This document shows, one piece after another, positions 52,494-64,000 of a stretch of 64,000 nt of DNA (positions are counted from its first letter, which is position 1; every line of letters begins with the position of its first letter). The notes beneath the pieces are model-generated. The model was not told where the DNA came from and did not search any database. It was given only the letters and a program-made list of their open reading frames with translations. Where the stretch lies: positions 18,104,001-18,168,000 of the forward strand of contig CM022671.1 in assembly GCA_012295275.1 (NCBI GenBank). Direction: 5' to 3'. Position numbers and translations under genes: made by a program. Source of the DNA: Chrysomallon squamiferum (lineage: Eukaryota; Animalia; Mollusca).

Positions 52494-55433
52494 GCTACTT
52501 TTTAACTATAATATTACTAATTAACTATCAACACTTTTCATATAATACTGAAACATAATACCACAGTCTTTCTAACAAATATTATGTACAAACATATAAT
52601 ACAACAGTTGAATTGATTCTAATTATGTTAATGATATGTAATGATAATCCTGTTTCCATAACAATTATCCATAAAAACATATACAGAAAAAAAATCATTT
52701 AAATACAATTAACATATATAATATGAAGTTTATGTCTCTGTGTATATATATATGTACATATAGTTATATATAGGAATGTGTGTGTGTGCATGTGTGTTTG
52801 TCTTTATTGTTGTTTATTTGTGTCTTTTTAATGCCAGTAAATTATGAAAAATAAATAATTACCACAAAATTTAAATTTAAATGATTTTACAGATTAATGT
52901 GAAGATGATGGCAAATTAAACTGATTTAACTTCATCTATCAGGAAAGTAATTTATCAGAATTTTTATATATTTACATGAGACAAGTTTAACAATATACCT
53001 GAATGCACATAAAGCAATTCTAGAATAATATCTAACTAAAACACTAAGCCTTTTCTAGAATAAATGTATTCCTAGATTACAAAAACTGTTAAAACCAATT
53101 CATCTATTTTATAACATTCAAATAATTATTTTTTAAATTACAAACAGTAATTAACCTAATATTTCTCGGAATACAAATAGAATCAATATTAATTAGATTT
53201 CAAATAGTATGTTCTCAAACTACAAATGTTATTAGTCAATATTTGATAAGTTATAGTATTTAAATCAATACTTTTTAAATTACAGATAGTATAAGTCAGT
53301 TAATATTTCTTAAATTATGGTTTTCAAGACAGTACTTCTTAGATTAAAAACAATTTTTACCTCACTTTTTCTCAGATTACAGTTTTCAAGTCAATATTTC
53401 TTAGATTACAAGCGGAATTACAAGTCAGTATTATTATTCAGAACAGCCAAATAATTATGTGATTGTAACAAACAATTGTAGATATTATTGTTGATATTAA
53501 ATTAATTACAAAGCATTAAAAAATAAATATTTAATGTTTTGTGGAAGTTTTTAAAATATTAATACTGCTGAAGGTAACTGATGGAAAAATATACCTTTTA
53601 GGTATTATTGTTTGACGTATATACATTTTTAAAATTTTAGTACACAGTTCAGAATATTTTATTTTAAGCAATATTTTATGAGAATGATCAACAAGCAGAA
53701 ACTTGTATTCGTACTTCATCTACAAATTTATTAATAAATGTACATGTTTAGTTCATTATGTGCTTTTACTATGTAATTATTATATATAACTTTAAAATGA
53801 CAGTCTTGTTGTTTGGTGTAGAGTAATTATTTCATGCTGATTTATTTTTTTTTTTTTTTTTTTTTTAATTTTAAGTTTTTAAATTATATTAATTTAAAAT
53901 GTATAATTGTTTTTTATTTAATGACATTGTTATTATTATTACTACTATATTTTATTTTTATTATTACAAACATTTTTTTTATAAAATAATTGTAATGTAT
54001 TAAAAAGGCAAAACAATAATAATAATAATAATATTAATAAAAATAAATATTTTAAAAACCTAAAAAACTAAAATAAATGCTATTAAAACATCAAATTTAA
54101 AAAAATATATAAAATATTTTAAAAATGTAAAAGAAAAAAGAAAACAATAGAAAAGAACAATAACAGATGTTTTTAAAAATTATAAAATAATACAAATGAA
54201 TTTTTGTTTTGTTTTTCATTTTTTAAAAAGAATATCTAAGATACACCATACATGTTTTAAACAATCCCATGCGACTGTCAAAGTAACAAACATTCTAAAT
54301 ATCCTTTATATAACTCAATACGTTTTATTCGACATTTGTGACCAGTTTTTAACCAATAACGAGGTATGACAATAAAATACCAAGCTCGGGAAAAGTGCTT
54401 GGAGGCTGCCATCATTTCTTTACAGCTGTACCATTTTGTACATGAAAATGTTAAAAACAAAACTAAACAAATAATTGATAAAGTTTCTCTTTCCTCAGTT
54501 TTTCAATGATTTTTCTGTTTCAGAACGATGTCATATAAAAACAGAAAAGATCATCTTCAGTGCAATCTCTTAGATCAAATAAAATGACCATTTTAATGTA
54601 CTTAAATTAATCGTTTTTAAGTTTAGGCTTGTTTGTAATGCTGTAATGTGAAACAGTAACAAAATTTGACACAAGACACTGATTTTAATCAGAACTATGT
54701 ACACAGACTAGAAACAAGCCAGACAGATCTCACATATCTATCTATGTTTTCTTATTTTCTTTGGTATCTTTTAACTTTTTACTTCAAGCTGTAAAAGACC
54801 TGCTGCTTTATTTTTAAAACCACATTTTATTGCACATAAACTGGTTTAGGTTTGGGGTTCAGCTTCACTGAGTCATTCATCCTTATTGGTTTAGGTTGTG
54901 GACCAATTTAATTTTTTTTTTTTTTTTTTTTTTTTTTTCTGGTTTTGGTTTTTTGTTTGGACTCAATGGTTTAAGTTTTGGATTGAGTTGGAACGATTTA
55001 GGTTCAGAATTTAGGGTTCATGCTTACTGGTTTAAGTTCAAAGTTCTGGTTTAGGTTTTTATGTTTTGAAATTTATTGATTAGCAAACCCAATAAATAAA
55101 TAAATAAATAAATAAAAAAAAAAAAACCAAGATTTGTAATTGATATTGGCTAATAAAACTGAAATAAAAAGACTGTTATTAATGAGTAATTTTCATTTCA
55201 ACAAAACTAGTATTAAAGGGAAATGACTCTATAAAAAACAAAACAAAACAAAAAGAAATAAAGAAATAAAAAAAGGAAAGAAACAATACTAATCACCAAT
55301 AAACATTAAACCGGAACTTTCACCTTCTTCTCTTCTTTTTTTTCACATTCTATAAATTCAATTTTTGCTTTCATTTTGAAATAACACTAACAAGAAGTCC
55401 AGTCTAGCAACTATTCTCATCATCAGTACCAGT

Positions 55434-61155
<5,722 letters not shown>

Positions 61156-61286
61156 CTGTAATGATAAATACCAGAAATTGTAAAATTTTGACCTCTGTTT
61201 TAAATGGAATGAATGATATCATAAATTTTATTTATTAAATCTTGGAATGAACAAAGTTATCGTTAATTTTAAAATTCCAGGTAAAT

Positions 61287-61320
<34 letters not shown>

Positions 61321-64000
61321 TGATCCTACAGTCATTATACTTTTCTATAAATTTCTATATTTTTAGGCTCTTCTTTAGTGTTTAATTGCTGGTTTAAATA
61401 TTAAAAGATTTTAATACGGCAAGAACTATTTTGTTTTGATGTATAGGTCTCGCAGGTGTCAATGAAATCAATGTGTATAAATCTACTATTCCTGAGAGAA
61501 GGGATCTCAGAAATAAAACAATCAATTTCATTTAGTTTTTGTATTATTTAACAGGATAACAGAAATAACTGTTTACTGTCTCAGGATATCAGTTTTATCC
61601 TGCTAAGTCAAATGTTGAATATACACAAATAAACTTTATTTTAAAATTTTTATCATCATATAAAATAATGGATGGTGCACTGTTTTTAACAAAGAAAATA
61701 TCTATTGTTTAGAAAAAACAATTTTAAAGGTTACAAAATTTCTATTTTTGTTCCAAAGCTTCACAAAATATCCTAAGGCCATTAAGCATTTTTATCATTC
61801 TTTTATTTTTTTCCTTTTATAAAAAATAACAAAAACAATATAAAATATAAAATAATAAAAAAAGAAAAAAAAGAAAGCCTTTTAATAATAAGAAGAGATA
61901 GTACGTTATTTTAAAAATATCTGAAGAGAGGATATTTCAAAAATAGAACTTTTTTCCCCACAAGCAGATATTTTATAAACTCACTCCTATGTTTAGGATT
62001 AAAAATATGTTTTTAAAATGTCAGATGATGGTTACAGGAAAGGTTTGTTGTTATTAAATAACTAAAAATAACCAAGTCTGTTATTCATGTTCTAAAATTG
62101 TCTGCAGGGTTGTAACTTAATTACTTGGTTAGTCGTATAGAAAATATCACCGGATGTCAAGATGGCAGATATAAGGACAAAATCAAGATATCAGAAATAA
62201 ACACAAAAACACAAAATCATAATGCTGTTTTAACAGCAAGGTCTTTTTTTAATTGTATCTGCATCTATAACCTGAAAATATTACTAGATAGGAGGGCTGA
62301 AATATGAACAAAGTCAAAATAACAGAAACTATCTAAAATTAAAATGGCTGAAATAAAATCTAAAATGACTTATGTAACAATGAAAAGATATAAAGATCAC
62401 AGCAAAATGAAACTTTTAAAAGCAAATGTCAAGTGTATGATCCATTTTTTTAAATTTATACTGTATTTAATTAGCTCATATTTATGAACAATTTTGTTGA
62501 AAGTATTATTTTAATTCAAGATGACTGAAAGAAGTATGAAAGCAATATAGTTAAATAAGGACAAAATACAGATGACTGAAATAAGCATGAAATCAAGATG
62601 AAGATATCTGCTATAATGAACAAAAATGATTAAGAAATTCTGGCAAAGTCTTCACATAATTGGATCAAGAATTAGTCTTGCAGAAAATATTACCAGAATT
62701 AAAGATGGCTTAAATAAGAATGCAAGAAAAATTAAGAAAAAAGAAAAAAAAAGAAAAGTTGAAATGAAGACAAAATCAAGAAGTCCAATACAAGCACAAA
62801 AAGAAAAAAGAAAGTTTTCAAAAGAAATGATCAAACATGAAAAAAAAAAAAAAATGAAAACACCTAATGATTTGTAATGAGTTGGAATAAGTAACAAAAG
62901 CTTCAAGAAAATCTGTCTTTATATATGATTTGCTTTCTCGTCTGTTTTTAGTTTTGTTATTTATAATCATAATTATTATGATTTAAAGGTAGCTGAAAAT
63001 AGCACAATATAAGTAAGACCAAAACTAATGTAGATCTATATAGGTACAGATATAACAGTTATTAATATGATTTTATAAATTTTATAAATAGTATTATTTT
63101 AATATGTTTATTCAAAAAGATTTTACTCTAGAAAATAAATATGCATGGGTGTGTGTTCTGTGAATGGTTTTTGAAATATACAATATTTAAAATTAGTTAC
63201 ATCACAAGAGTAATTCCATGTTAAGGCAAATATATGCAAAATAAAAACTGTTATTTTAAAACATGAATAGAATATAAATTTTAATACATTCTCAGGACTA
63301 AACATTTTTTTTTTCAGATATTATCTAATCACACACACACACAACAAAACACAAAAACCCCATCAAAACAAGAATTCAAAAAGAAGAAGAAAAGGCTGCA
63401 TCATAATGAATACAAAAAAACCCTCAGCAAAAAAAAAAAAAAAAAAAAAAAAAATCAATTAAACATTTTCATTTGTTATCACGAAAGTGAAAAGAATGCA
63501 AGATTAAAGAGTGTCAAAACCTGTGATTCACCACTAGGCAGGTGAGTCACCATTTCTGGGTGACAAATGATGACAAAATATTGTGGCTTCCAAATGTCAC
63601 TTTATCACTGTCTGTCAAGACTGACACAAGATAATAAAAAAAAAAAAAAAAATAAACATTCTTCTGTATGTGAAGAAAAATACTTATAAATCTTTTTAAA
63701 ATTTAAAAAAAAAATTAAAATTAAAATTAAACAAAAGTTTTCAAAAAATATTCTGTTAAGATGAAGGTTTAAAAAAAAAAAAAATGTAGGCTTTAATTTA
63801 AATTGACATTACTTGTTTCATTAAGCATTTTAGTAACTAAAGCAGCTAACAGTTCTTAATGAATGTTAATAAGATAACAAAATATTGGGTTGGAACAAAA
63901 GTTTATAGTTTATTTCTAAAGAGAAATTCAAATACAGTATTGAGATAAAGGTACATAGATTTATTCAGCCATATAAGTGCTATTTTGTTCCATTAGCTTT

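Noticed and set aside
47000-55400. Hidden gene between convergent CCDC51 and IPPK
   Set aside because: Only AT-rich UTR/intergenic sequence and degenerate short tandem repeats; I found no convincing exons.
62626-62906. Lys-rich 83-aa ORF and its antisense partner
   Set aside because: A-rich low-complexity sequence, probably within an IPPK intron, with no splice or homology support.

Overview
AT-rich, microsatellite-dense animal genomic DNA, probably a mollusc/gastropod (inferred from composition and a decayed interspersed repeat). I traced five conserved protein-coding genes by hand from translations and GT-AG sites: RPP14 (- strand, 13125..3592), WASHC4/SWIP (- strand, 41782..17079, about 27 coding exons), CLN8-like TLC protein (+, 43722..44570), CCDC51/MITOK (+, 45763..46979) and the 3' part of IPPK (- strand, 61155..55434). 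The most unusual item is an unrecognised antisense gene nested in a WASHC4 intron (26393..26683). It encodes a secreted peptide with a 6-Cys core, 11 His and an acidic tail, and both its ends have decayed tandem duplicates. Also notable: a minisatellite carrying repeated perfect DR1 nuclear-receptor elements upstream of RPP14; tandem M-box/CLEAR-like and ETS motifs in the WASHC4/CLN8 divergent promoter; two lesions in WASHC4 as assembled (exon 12 present only as two corrupted copies, and a 1-nt deletion); a C-terminal 16-Pro tail on WASHC4; an intronic repeat that multiplies a splice acceptor; and a splice donor just after the RPP14 stop. Gene identities rest on recalled protein similarity, not database searches. 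Most short ORFs in the track are simple-repeat artefacts.
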